Counted from the stretch's first letter, positions 19,760-39,492 are shown. The stretch: DNA of 64,000 nt from an uncultured Planctomycetota bacterium (GCA_963737655.1 CAVTTN010000002.1:352001-416000), one strand, 5' to 3'. Notes: generated by a model not told the origin, from the sequence alone. Numbers and translations are program-made.

Positions 19760-21333
19760 ATGACCGACGCCGACGCCCCGGTGAACCCGTATGACGAGGT
19801 CCCGTACCAGAGCATCGCCCTGACCGAGACCCACCCCGATCGGCTGGCCACGGTCGCCGCGCTGCTGGGCCTGGACGCCCCGGCCACCGAGACGGCCCGC
19901 GTCCTGGAGCTGGGCTGCGCCGGCGGGGGGAACCTGATCCCGATGGCCCTGGGTGCCCCGGGAGGCCGGTTCGTCGGGATCGACTACTCCCCCCGCCAGA
20001 TCGACCAGGCCCGCCAGCTCGCCGAGAAGGCCGGCGCCTCCAACGTCGAATTCCACGCGATGAGCTTGACCGACGTCACGCCCGACTTCGGCCGGTTCGA
20101 CTACATCCTCTCCCACGGCGTGTATTCGTGGGTGCCCGAGCCGGTGAAAGAGGCCATCCTGAGGATCTCCCGAGAGAACCTGGAGCCGACCGGCCTGGCC
20201 TACATCAGCTACAACGTCTTCCCCGGCTGGCACGTCCCCGGGATGCTCCGGGAGATGATGATGTACCACGTCCGCAACACGAGCGACCCGGCCGCTCGGG
20301 CGAGGTCGGCCCGGGCCCTGCTGGACTTCCTCGCCGCGAGCGTCCCCGAGCAGGAGGGTCATTACGCGAAGGTCCTGAAGGATGAGGCCCTCACGCTCCG
20401 CCCCCACGCCGATTCCTACCTCCTCCACGAGCACCTGGAAGAGCACAACCACCCGATCTATTTCCACGAATTCGTGAAGAGGGCCGGGGCCCGCGGGCTC
20501 AAGGTCCTGGGCGACGCCCGATTCTGGTCGATGGCGACCTCGGTCCAGCCCACGATGGCCAAGGTCCTCGACAAGGTCGCCACCGACCCGATCGAGCGCG
20601 AGCAATATTTCGATTTTCTCTGCAATCGCCGGTTCCGGAGGTCGATCCTCTGCCACGACTCGGCGGCCACCCTCGCCGCGCCCGACGCGCGAAAGGTGAA
20701 GGAGATGAGGGCCTCGGCCTCGGTCTGGCCGACCACCCAGCCGGTGGATTTCTCGGCCAAGACCAGCGTCGAGTTCCGAGGGCTCGACGGCGTGATCCGC
20801 CTGGGCACCAGCGAGCCCGTGTTCAAGGCCGCGCTCGTCCACCTGACCGAGGTCCAGCCCCGGGCCCTGACGTTCGCCGAACTCTGGGAGGCCACCCGGG
20901 CGAAGCTCGCCCGCCACGGGCAAGAGCCCGGAGACGCCGCCGACGCGCTGGCCCAGAGGCTCTTGCAGGCCTACGGCGCCAATTCGGTCGACTCCATCGC
21001 TCGCCGCCCCCCCGGGCCACGGAACCTTCCGCGACCCCTCGCGCCTTCGCCGTCGCGCGGATCGTCGCCGAGAGTTCGCCCCACGTCCCCAGCCTGGACC
21101 ACCGCCAGATCACCCTGAAGGACTTCGATCGCCTGGTCCTCCGCCAGCTCGACGGCTCGCGAGACGTCCCGGCCATCGCCGGGATGCTGATCGAGGCGAT
21201 CCTCCGAGGCGAGTTCCAGATTCACGAGAACGGCATCCCGCTCAAGGACCCCGCACTCCTCCGCCCGATCCTCGAACGGTCCGTCCCGCCCAGCCTCCAA
21301 CGGCTCACCAAGGCGGCGCTGCTCTCGGCCTGA
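19760..21333 (+). CDS. Class I SAM methyltransferase with regulatory domain (PKMT-like), paralog 2, apparent indels near 20990-21015
   Basis: Same motif series as paralog 1. The C-terminus (...RQLDGSRD...PSLQRLTKAALLSA*) continues in another frame to TGA 21331-21333. Confidence 0.85.
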
Positions 21334-21550
21334 CCATCCGGCGCCCGATCTCCGTCCGTCCCGCGAGGCATGCCCACGAAGCCGTGGATTTTCGAGCCGA
21401 GGACGCGCGAAATCGTCGGATGACGGCGATCCTGGACACGCCCGGTTTCCCGGAACCGGCGGGCGGCGCCATCCCCCTGGCGCCGCCTGCCGCCGTGCCC
21501 TCATCCATCCGAACTTGCGTCGTGAACACGACAAACGACGCGGATTCCTC

Positions 21551-21595
21551 TTGACATGCCGGGGAGGCTCCCGGTTTAGTATTGAATTTCCCAAT
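21551..21595 (+). promoter_or_regulatory. Sigma70-type promoter with adjacent LysR-type T-N11-A dyad
   Basis: TTGACA at 21551-21556, 18 bp spacer, TTTAGT, then ATTG-N7-CAAT at 21581-21595. Confidence 0.55.
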
Positions 21596-21755
21596 AGGAT
21601 CTTCGGGACAATATCGAAATCCTTCCGGGAAGCACGTTCCGCCCCGGGTCGCCGGGAAGGGCCGGAGGGTTCGTCGGGAGGGTCTCCGCCGATCGTGTCC
21701 CCTCTCCCCGGGACGGTCGGGCGGGGTTCGGATCGGCTCGGATCGGGGTGTCGCG

Positions 21756-22685
21756 ATGCAGCTCGAATCGCTGAAAATTTTTTGCGACGTAGTCCGCTGG
21801 GCGAGCTTCTCGCGAGGCGCCGCCGAGAACGGGATCTCCCAGTCCTCGGCGAGCCAGGCCGTCCATCAGCTGGAGCTGCGCCTGGGCGTCAAGCTGATCG
21901 ATCGCTCGAAGCGGCCCCTGGTGCCCACCCGCCACGGCCGCGTGTATTACGAGGGGTGCAAGGACCTCGTCGGCCGTTACCTGGAGGTCGAGAACCGGGT
22001 CAAGTCGCTGGAGAACGACCAGAACGTGGTGGGGACGGTCCGGGTGGCATCGATCTACTCGGTCGGTCTCCACCACATGAGCCGATACGTCGAGCGGTTC
22101 CACGGCCTGTACCCCGGGGCGGACGTCCGCCTGGAGTACCTCCACCCCACGCGGGTGGTGGAGAGCGTGGCCTCGGGCTCGGCCGAGCTCGGGCTGATCT
22201 CGTTCCCGAAGAAGTGGCCGGACCTCGCCGCGATCCCCTGGAGGGACGAGGAGATGGTCCTGGCCGTCCATCCCAGGCATCGCCTGGCGGCGCTGGAGGC
22301 CGTCGAGATCGGCCAGCTCGACGGCGAGAAGTTCGTCCACTTCGACCTGGACCTCTCGATCCGCCGGGCGATCGACCGATTCCTGCGCAAGCATGGAGTC
22401 CAGGTCGAGACGGTGCTGGAATTCGACAATATCGAGAACATCAAGCGGGCGGTGGAGATCCCCTCGGGGGTCGCGATCCTGCCCGAACCGACGCTCGCCC
22501 GGGAGGTGGCCGCCGGCACGCTCGCCGCGGTGAGGTTCCGCGACCACCGGCTGACCCGCCCCCTGGCGATCCTCCACAAGGCGGGGGACGGCCTCGGCCT
22601 GACCGCCATCCGGTTCCTCGAATTGCTCAAGGCCAAGGAGGCCGAGCCCGCCGAGGCGGCCCTGGCCCTGGGCCGGTCCTCCTGA
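21756..22685 (+). CDS. LysR family transcriptional regulator
   Basis: LKIFCDVV...SFSRGA...ISQSSASQAVHQLE HTH and EFDNIENIKRAV. Immediately upstream of gltB. Confidence 0.95.
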   Translation: MQLESLKIFCDVVRWASFSRGAAENGISQSSASQAVHQLELRLGVKLIDRSKRPLVPTRHGRVYYEGCKDLVGRYLEVENRVKSLENDQNVVGTVRVASIYSVGLHHMSRYVERFHGLYPGADVRLEYLHPTRVVESVASGSAELGLISFPKKWPDLAAIPWRDEEMVLAVHPRHRLAALEAVEIGQLDGEKFVHFDLDLSIRRAIDRFLRKHGVQVETVLEFDNIENIKRAVEIPSGVAILPEPTLAREVAAGTLAAVRFRDHRLTRPLAILHKAGDGLGLTAIRFLELLKAKEAEPAEAALALGRSS

Positions 22686-22814
22686 ACCGCATCGCGCCGG
22701 GCCGCGCCGAGCCGCCCGGCGCGATCGACGCCGAGACGACGACCTTCCGGACACGAACCGACGAGACGACCCGGTCGGGCCGACGGGACGGCCCCCCGCG
22801 AAAGGTAGATCACG

Positions 22815-27378
<4,564 letters not shown>

Positions 27379-27383
27379 CCGGA

Positions 27384-27848
27384 GCAGAACGATCCGCGGA
27401 GGACGCCGATGGACGCCGATCATGGAACGGGATCAGATCGAGAATGACGAACAGACCTATGCCATCATCGGCGCGGCGATCGAGGTCCACCGGCAATTGG
27501 GTCACGGGTTCCTGGAGTCCGTTTATCAGGAGGCCCTGGCCTATGAGTTCTGGTCGAGCGGGATCGTCTATCGCAAGGAGGTCGAACTCCCGGTCTTCTA
27601 CAAGGGACACCAGCTTCCTTGCCAGTTTCGTGCCGACTTTCTCTGCTTCGAAGAAGTGCTCGTGGAACTGAAAGCCCTCGGTGAACTGACGACTCGCGAG
27701 CACGCGCAAGTCATCAACTACTTGAAGGCGACTGGCCTGAAACGCGGGCTCCTGCTGAACTTTGGCGCCCCTCGACTCGGCCAGAAACGATTCATCCCCT
27801 CTTCTCATCAGCGATCCTCAGCGTCATCTGCGGATGACGAATCTCTGC
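27384..27848. mobile_element. Candidate inverted-repeat-bounded GxxExxY cassette inserted between gltB and gltD
   Basis: Left arm ATCCGCGGAGGACGCCGATGGACGCCGAT (27392-27420). The right arm 27807-27835 reverse-complements to ATCCGCAGATGACGCTGAGGATCGCTGAT. Outer GCAGA/TCTGC also pair. Confidence 0.55.
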
Positions 27849-27858
27849 GGAGACCCCC

Positions 27859-29331
<1,473 letters not shown>

Positions 29332-29358
29332 GGATTCCGGGACCGACCGCCAAGACGT

Positions 29359-29567
29359 AGAAGACTAACCGCCAAGGCGCCAAGAACGCCAAGGGAAGCG
29401 CAGAAGCAGAGGAGGGGAGGAGAAGAGGAAGAGTTCGGAATAAGAATTAAGCAGATTTTGAAAATTCTTATATTTTCAATTCTGCGTTTCAAACTCTTTC
29501 TCTTCTCCTCCCCTCCTCCGCCTCTGCTCTTCCCTTGGCGCCTTGGCGCCTTGGCGGTTAGTCTTCT
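29359..29567. repeat. Composite ~210 bp fold-back element between convergent gltD and clpB; may act as a bidirectional terminator
   Basis: Outer arms with three CGCCAAG units each, polypurine/polypyrimidine arms, inner GCAGATTTTGAAAAT/ATTTTCAATTCTGC and an AT-rich loop. Confidence 0.9.
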
Positions 29568-29569
29568 CT

Positions 29570-32212
<2,643 letters not shown>

Positions 32213-32309
32213 CGGTCTCCTCCGCGTCCGGGACTTTCGGGACGACGTCGGGCTTGGGAACTCATCTTCGCGATGCGAAACACGACGAGATTGCTACGCA
32301 GGAGGCTGC

Positions 32310-32714
32310 TCAATCGTTCGCGAGATCCCGGCGATTCCGCCGGAGTTTGCCTGCGGATTCCGTGCCGAGCGGGTCGAGCAATCGCGGGTCGGGACGCTCG
32401 GGCCAGGGGAAGGCGAAGCATTCGGCGAGGGCCTCGGCCCAGGCGCGATCGGGATCGGCCGAGGGATACGGCCCGTGCCAGCCGGCGCCGGGCTTGCCCG
32501 AATCCTGGCGGACGATCAGGGCCGAGAGGTCCGGCAACCCGGCGAGGCGGCACCTCTCCGACAAGGGTGTGAGCAACTGCCGATGGACCTGCCGGCGGTT
32601 CAGCGGCGGCCCGACCCGTCCGGCCAGCTCGGTGTAGGTGATCGTCCGGCCCATGCGGACGGCCTCGCGGAACACCGGCCAGGCCCGGCGGATCACGTCG
32701 GCAAGGTCCACCAT
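32310..32714 (-). CDS. Small hypothetical protein, paralog of 33511..33918
   Basis: ITYTELA...LLTPLSERC...LPDLSALIV...PGAGW. Confidence 0.7.
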   Translation of the reverse strand: MVDLADVIRRAWPVFREAVRMGRTITYTELAGRVGPPLNRRQVHRQLLTPLSERCRLAGLPDLSALIVRQDSGKPGAGWHGPYPSADPDRAWAEALAECFAFPWPERPDPRLLDPLGTESAGKLRRNRRDLAND

Positions 32715-32720
32715 GGGCGA

Positions 32721-33419
32721 TCAGGCCGGAGGGCCGGCGAGGATCGTTTCGAGGCACCGGCGAGGGTTCGGCAGGTCCGGCCCCCACGGCCAGGCCACGT
32801 CGATCCAGAAGCCCGGGATGCCGGAGGACCGCCAGATCCCCTTGTCCAGGACTTCCTCGGTCTCTTGACCGTCGGCGTGACTTCGGACGAGCAGCTTATG
32901 CTTTCGCAAATCGACGTAGACAAATTCGGGGATCTGGGCCTCGCGATAGCGCCGGGTCTTCAGGCCAAGGTCGTGAGAACGTGTCGATTTCGAGAGCACC
33001 TCGACGATCAGGAAGGCCCGAGGTTCCAGGGGCCGAGGGCCTTTCGGGACGACGAAGACGTCGGGCTCGGGGTACTGGCCGGGAGCCAGATGGAGGACCG
33101 CCGGCCCGAGGCGGACGTGGACGGCCAGGCCCGTCTCCTGGCAGAAGCCATTGGTCAAATCGAACCAGAAGCCGACCTGATCCTGATGGTCATCCTTGGC
33201 GGGCGAGGGCATGTAGACGGTCCCGTCGAAATATTCGCAAATCCTCGTCTCCGGGGCGTACATCCACCAGTCGATCTCGCGGACGCCTCGGATCGTGACC
33301 ATCGCGTCGAGCTTGATCCCCGAGCGATCGAACCAGCGGTTCGGCGGGACGGCGGGGAGCTCGGGCCGCTCGGGCCATCCGGGGGACGTGGTCTCGGGAC
33401 GGGCGGGGACGGTGGCCAT
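32721..33419 (-). CDS. Uma2 (DUF820) family putative endonuclease
   Basis: EYFDGTVYMPSP..H, PEPDVFVV, LIVEVLSKST...DLGLK...Y....IPE, SSGIPGFWID. Confidence 0.9.
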   Translation of the reverse strand: MATVPARPETTSPGWPERPELPAVPPNRWFDRSGIKLDAMVTIRGVREIDWWMYAPETRICEYFDGTVYMPSPAKDDHQDQVGFWFDLTNGFCQETGLAVHVRLGPAVLHLAPGQYPEPDVFVVPKGPRPLEPRAFLIVEVLSKSTRSHDLGLKTRRYREAQIPEFVYVDLRKHKLLVRSHADGQETEEVLDKGIWRSSGIPGFWIDVAWPWGPDLPNPRRCLETILAGPPA

Positions 33420-33510
33420 CCGTGCGGCTCCTGGCCCTCGGCTCGGGGAGGAAAGGGGGCGGCGGCCTCTCGGCCGCCTCGTGGCGGGTCGATCTCAACC
33501 CGATCTCTCG

Positions 33511-33918
33511 TCAAAAGAACGGCGCCTCGGGCCAGTTCTCGAAGTCGCGGGCGGTCTTGAACTGGTTGAACCAGAACCCGACGTCGCCGACGGCGGCCTC
33601 GCCCCGGGCGACATAGATCTCCCACCAGCCGTCGGCGGGCCGCAGGAGGTTCCCGAAGTCGCTCCGGGCCTTGGGTTTCTGGATCACGATCGCCGAGAGG
33701 TCGGGCATGTTGTGCTCCAGGCAGGCGGCCTGGAGCGGCTTGAGCAACTTGGCGGCGATGGTCCGGGGCGTCTCCTTGATCCCGACGTCCTTGCACTTGG
33801 CGCAGAAGTCGTCATAGGAGATCCAGAGGACGGCCCTCTTGTCTCGGGCAGCCTGGGAGAGGTCTCGGGCGAGCCGGACCAGGATCGGATACGCGGCACG
33901 CGCATTGTCGAGGGACAT
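33511..33918 (-). CDS. Small hypothetical protein, paralog of 32310..32714
   Basis: ISYDDF...LLKPLQAAC...MPDLSAIVI...PADGWW. Confidence 0.8.
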   Translation of the reverse strand: MSLDNARAAYPILVRLARDLSQAARDKRAVLWISYDDFCAKCKDVGIKETPRTIAAKLLKPLQAACLEHNMPDLSAIVIQKPKARSDFGNLLRPADGWWEIYVARGEAAVGDVGFWFNQFKTARDFENWPEAPFF

Positions 33919-34059
33919 CGGCCCAGTTCCTCGGGAGGCGGAAAGGCGAATCGGAAGGGCCGGAGGCCGATCCCCGGGTCTCGGGGTCGGCTTCGGACCC
34001 TCCCGATCAGGATACGAGGAAACGGGTTCCGATGCCAGAGCGCCGTATGCGACCGGCGG

Positions 34060-35976
<1,917 letters not shown>

Positions 35977-36079
35977 GACAAGGCTCCTTTCGATCGACGC
36001 TCGGGAGGACGACCCAGCCGCGTCTCAAACCGATGGGGCGGCCGGGGCCTTCCGCCGGCCTCGGACCTCCCCCTGGAAT

Positions 36080-36097
36080 AAGCAACGCCGGTGCCAG
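36080..36097 (-). promoter_or_regulatory. Sigma54 -24/-12 promoter upstream of dnaK
   Basis: Minus strand CTGGCACCGGCGTTGCTT matches TGGCAC-N5-TTGCW, about 105 bp upstream of the dnaK start. Confidence 0.75.
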
Positions 36098-36517
36098 TCG
36101 GGGATTTCGCCTCGCGGGTTTGCTCCAAATCCCGATAGGGCAAGGTTTTGAAGAAATGTACGACAAACCCCGATCCGGTCCCGCTCGCTTGACGCCGCCA
36201 ATCTGGCAGTCGAAGAAAATCGGCCGCAATCCTCCGCCTGCCGAAATGACACCCGATCCCTCGGGTCCGGCGACGGCTCCGAACGGTGGATCGGCCCGGG
36301 TGGCATGCTTCCGTCCTCGTAAGCATGCTTTTCCGCCTCTCTCGGACCGAAGCCGGGCATGCGAGGATGTAATCATGCCACCCAGCCCTCGGGAACGAGA
36401 AACGGCTCGGCCGCTCTGTCCGACCCGGCTTGACCTGGCGCACCGCGAGCGGTTAGATTGCATGAATGTCGAGGTCCGACATGGAAGGCCCCTCGACGCT
36501 CGGGGAGCGACCGACTC

Positions 36518-37192
36518 GTGCGGGACCCTCTTCGCCAGCCGACGAACCCCAAGCTCGCCCCCAAGGCGGTGATCGGCCGGGTCAGCCTCTACCTCCGCCA
36601 GCTCGAGGCGGCGCAAAGGCAGGGGCAACCGACGATTTCCAGCAGCCAGCTCGGCTCGGGCCTGGGGATCAGTGACGCCCAGGTCCGCAAGGACCTCGCA
36701 TTCTTCGGCCAGTTCGGCTATCCCGGGATCGGCTACCGGATCGAGGAGCTGATGACGGCCCTCCGCCGGATCCTCGGGATCGACCGCGAATGGCCCACGG
36801 CGATGATCGGCCTGGGCAATCTCGGCCGGGCCCTGATCAAATATCGGGGGTTCCGCAACCGAGGGTTCCACATCGTCGCCCTGTTCGACAACGACCCCAA
36901 GAAAATCGGCCAGACCCACGGAGGGCTCATCGTCCGCCCCCTGGAGGAACTCCGCGAGACCGTGGCCGCCCAGGGGATCGAGCTCGCCCTGCTCACGGTC
37001 CCGGCCGACGCGGCCCAGAAGGCCGCCGACCAGGCCGTCGCCTGCGGAATCCGCGGGATCTTGAACTTCGCCCCGATCCCGCTGAACGTCCCGCCGACGG
37101 TCAGTGTCATGGCGGTGGACCTGAGCGTCCAGCTCGAACACCTGGCCTACAAGGTCCGCAACCACAAGGGCGGGATCTCCCACGCGGGCTAG
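36518..37192 (+). CDS. rex: Redox-sensing transcriptional repressor Rex
   Basis: RVSLYLR, QVRKDLAFFGQFG..GIGY, GLGNLGRAL, GILNFAP. GTG start at 36518 assumed. Confidence 0.95.
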   Translation: MRDPLRQPTNPKLAPKAVIGRVSLYLRQLEAAQRQGQPTISSSQLGSGLGISDAQVRKDLAFFGQFGYPGIGYRIEELMTALRRILGIDREWPTAMIGLGNLGRALIKYRGFRNRGFHIVALFDNDPKKIGQTHGGLIVRPLEELRETVAAQGIELALLTVPADAAQKAADQAVACGIRGILNFAPIPLNVPPTVSVMAVDLSVQLEHLAYKVRNHKGGISHAG

Positions 37193-37395
37193 GCGAATCC
37201 CGCGGGCTGAGTCCGTTCGAACTTGTCGGGCAGGCCCTGGGCTGCCTCTTAGGGCCGGACCCGGCAGGCCGGGGCCTGCCCTGCGAAAAAAGTGCGGACG
37301 AACCATCCCCGAGGGCTTGGGAGGCGATCGACCGGCCCGACTTCCCGATCGCCGTGGCGGTTGCTAAACTAACTGCCGAGGGCCTCGGCCCGTCT

Positions 37396-37466
37396 TACCC
37401 GGTGGTGAAACGGTATCACAGCAGGTTTTGGTCCTGCTTTTCCAGGTTCGAATCCTGGCCGGGTAG
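37396..37466 (+). tRNA. tRNA-Gln (anticodon TTG), CCA not encoded
   Basis: Acceptor stem TACCCGG/CCGGGTA (U1-A72), anticodon arm GCAGG-TTTTGGT-CCTGC, T arm CCAGG-TTCGAAT-CCTGG, discriminator G. Confidence 0.93.
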
Positions 37467-37637
37467 CTCAGGAACCGATGGAGAGACTGCCGATCGCCGA
37501 ATCGGAGGCCACCGGTCCCTCATTCATCTTGATCCGTTTCGCGATCCGGCGCAAGATGCCCGCCCTCCGGGCCGACTCACGCCCCCGATGCCGAGGGCCG
37601 GACCGGGGCGCCTTTCTCGCCGGATCGGAGGTCCCTG

Positions 37638-38488
37638 ATGGGCCTGGGCAGGATGGTCAATCGCGCCCTCGCGCCGTTTGAGTTGCGAATCGTTCGGCTG
37701 CGCCCGAAGACGACGTTCCCGACGAGCCGGAACCGCCTCCGGCGCCCCCTCTGAGCGTCGTCTCGGCCCCCGAGCCGTCGATCTACGACCAGGACGGCCT
37801 CCGCACGGTCCACAACCATGAATTCATGGACGATCCGGAGTTCCGCCGCGCCTACGACCGGGGAATCCGGGCCGTCGGCGGCGATTATCGCTGGCACTGG
37901 CGGGTCCACGTCGGCCTCTGGGCGGCCGTTCAGGCCAAGATCGTCGGCGGGGACTTCGTCGAGTGCGGCGTGAATCGGGGTTTCTTGAGCTCCTCGATCA
38001 TGGAACTCCTGGACTGGGACTCCCTGGGCCGGACCTTCTACCTCCTCGACACCTTCCGGGGGCTGGACGAGCGGTTCATCTCCGAGGACGAGCGCCGGGA
38101 CGGCATCCTGGAGAAGAACCAGTATCATCTGGACATCCAGTTCTACACCGTCGAATCGGCGCCGGTCCGGGCCAATTTCTCGCAGTGGAAGAACGTCAAA
38201 ATCATCGAAGGGGCCATCCCCGAGACGCTCGGCGCGATCGACTCGACGCGAATTGCCTATCTTCACCTCGACCTGAACTGCTCGCCGCCGGAGGTCGCCG
38301 CCGCCGAGGCGCTGTGGGACCGCCTCGCGCCGGGCGCCGTGGTCCTCCTGGACGATTACGCCTACGACGGGTATCGGTCGCAAAAGCTGGGGATGGACGC
38401 CTTTGCGCGAGCCAAGGGCGTGCCGGTGATGTCGCTGCCGACCGGCCAGGGCCTGCTGATCAAGCCCCATGCCGGCGGATTTCGTTAA
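37638..38488 (+). CDS. TylF/MycF-like O-methyltransferase, apparent frameshift near 37705
   Basis: GDFVECGVNRG, YLLDTFRG, YLHLDLN, LLDDY. The N-terminus MGLGRMVNRALAPFELRIVR is in a different frame from the body. Confidence 0.82.
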
Positions 38489-38492
38489 CCAG

Positions 38493-38566
38493 GTAGGGTC
38501 CGCTATTGCGGACCTCTTCGATTCGATTCGATACGAAGAAAAGAGGTCCGCAATAGCGGACCCTAC
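38493..38566. repeat. Inverted pair of GTAG-type REPs (REPIN)
   Basis: GTAG-GGTCCGC-TATT-GCGGACC ... GGTCCGC-AATA-GCGGACC-CTAC, between convergent genes. Confidence 0.9.
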
Positions 38567-38580
38567 AAGAACGCTCGAAC

Positions 38581-39241
38581 TCATCCGGCCGATGGCGCCA
38601 TCGCCCAGGCCGGGGCGGCGGCCTCGTACCGGGCGATCTCCTCGTCGTGGAGCAGGGTCTCGGCGATGAAGTCGAGGCCCTGGAGGAGGCGCTGGCGGTT
38701 CTCCTCGGGCACGTCGAACTCGAACGTCCGATCCACGCCCTCGACGGTGTGGAGCGAGACGGTCCGGGACCGCAGGTCGATCGTCGCCTCGGAGCCGTCG
38801 GCCGAGGCCAGGGCCTTCCAGTCGTCGTCGGCCAGCTCGATCGGCAAGAGGCCGTTGTTGTAGGCGTTCCCCTCGAAAATATCGGCGAACCCTTCGCCCT
38901 TCCCGGGGGCGATCACGGCGCGGAAGCCGGCCTGGGCGACGGCCCACACCGCATGCTCCCGGCTGGACCCGCAGCCGAAGTTCTTGCCGACCACAAGGAT
39001 CGTCGCACCCCGGGATTCGGGCCGATTCAACGGGAAATCGGCGGCCTCGGCGCCGTGATGCTCGGGATCGTCGGCATCGGGCGACGCCCCGGGCTCGATA
39101 GCGCTTGTCGGCGAAGAGCAGGGGGCCGTAGCCGGTCCGCTCGACCCTCTTCAAGTACCGGGCCGGGATGATCAGGTCCGTGTTGACGTCGGACCAATCC
39201 AGGACGGCGAGCTTCCCTCGATAAACAGTGAACGGTTCCAT
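38581..39241 (-). CDS. leuD: 3-isopropylmalate dehydratase small subunit, apparent frameshift near 39097
   Basis: [14 protein letters not shown] in one frame. [19 protein letters not shown] and LLQGLD in the next frame. Confidence 0.93.
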
Positions 39242-39261
39242 TCGGGCCTCGGAGTGGATGG

Positions 39262-39492
39262 AACCTCCGAGACGGTGGGGGATTGAACCGCCAAGACGCC
39301 AAGGTCGCCAAGGGGAGAGGAGAGAAAGAAGAGAGACCGAAACGCAGATTACGCAGATTACGCAGATTAAAAAAATGCTTTAAATCTGCGTAATCTGCGT
39401 TTAGAACTCTCTCCTGGTTCCCTCTCTACCTCCTCTTTTTCTCCTCTCCCCTTGGCGTCTTGGCGGTTCAATCCCCCACCGTCTCGGAGGTT
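39262..39492. repeat. Composite ~230 bp nested fold-back element between leuC and leuD
   Basis: Outer arm AACCTCCGAGACGGTGGGGGATTGAACCGCCAAGACGCCAAG and its perfect complement, purine/pyrimidine arms, and an inner ACGCAGATT x3 / AATCTGCGT x2 hairpin (39340-39402). Confidence 0.93.
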
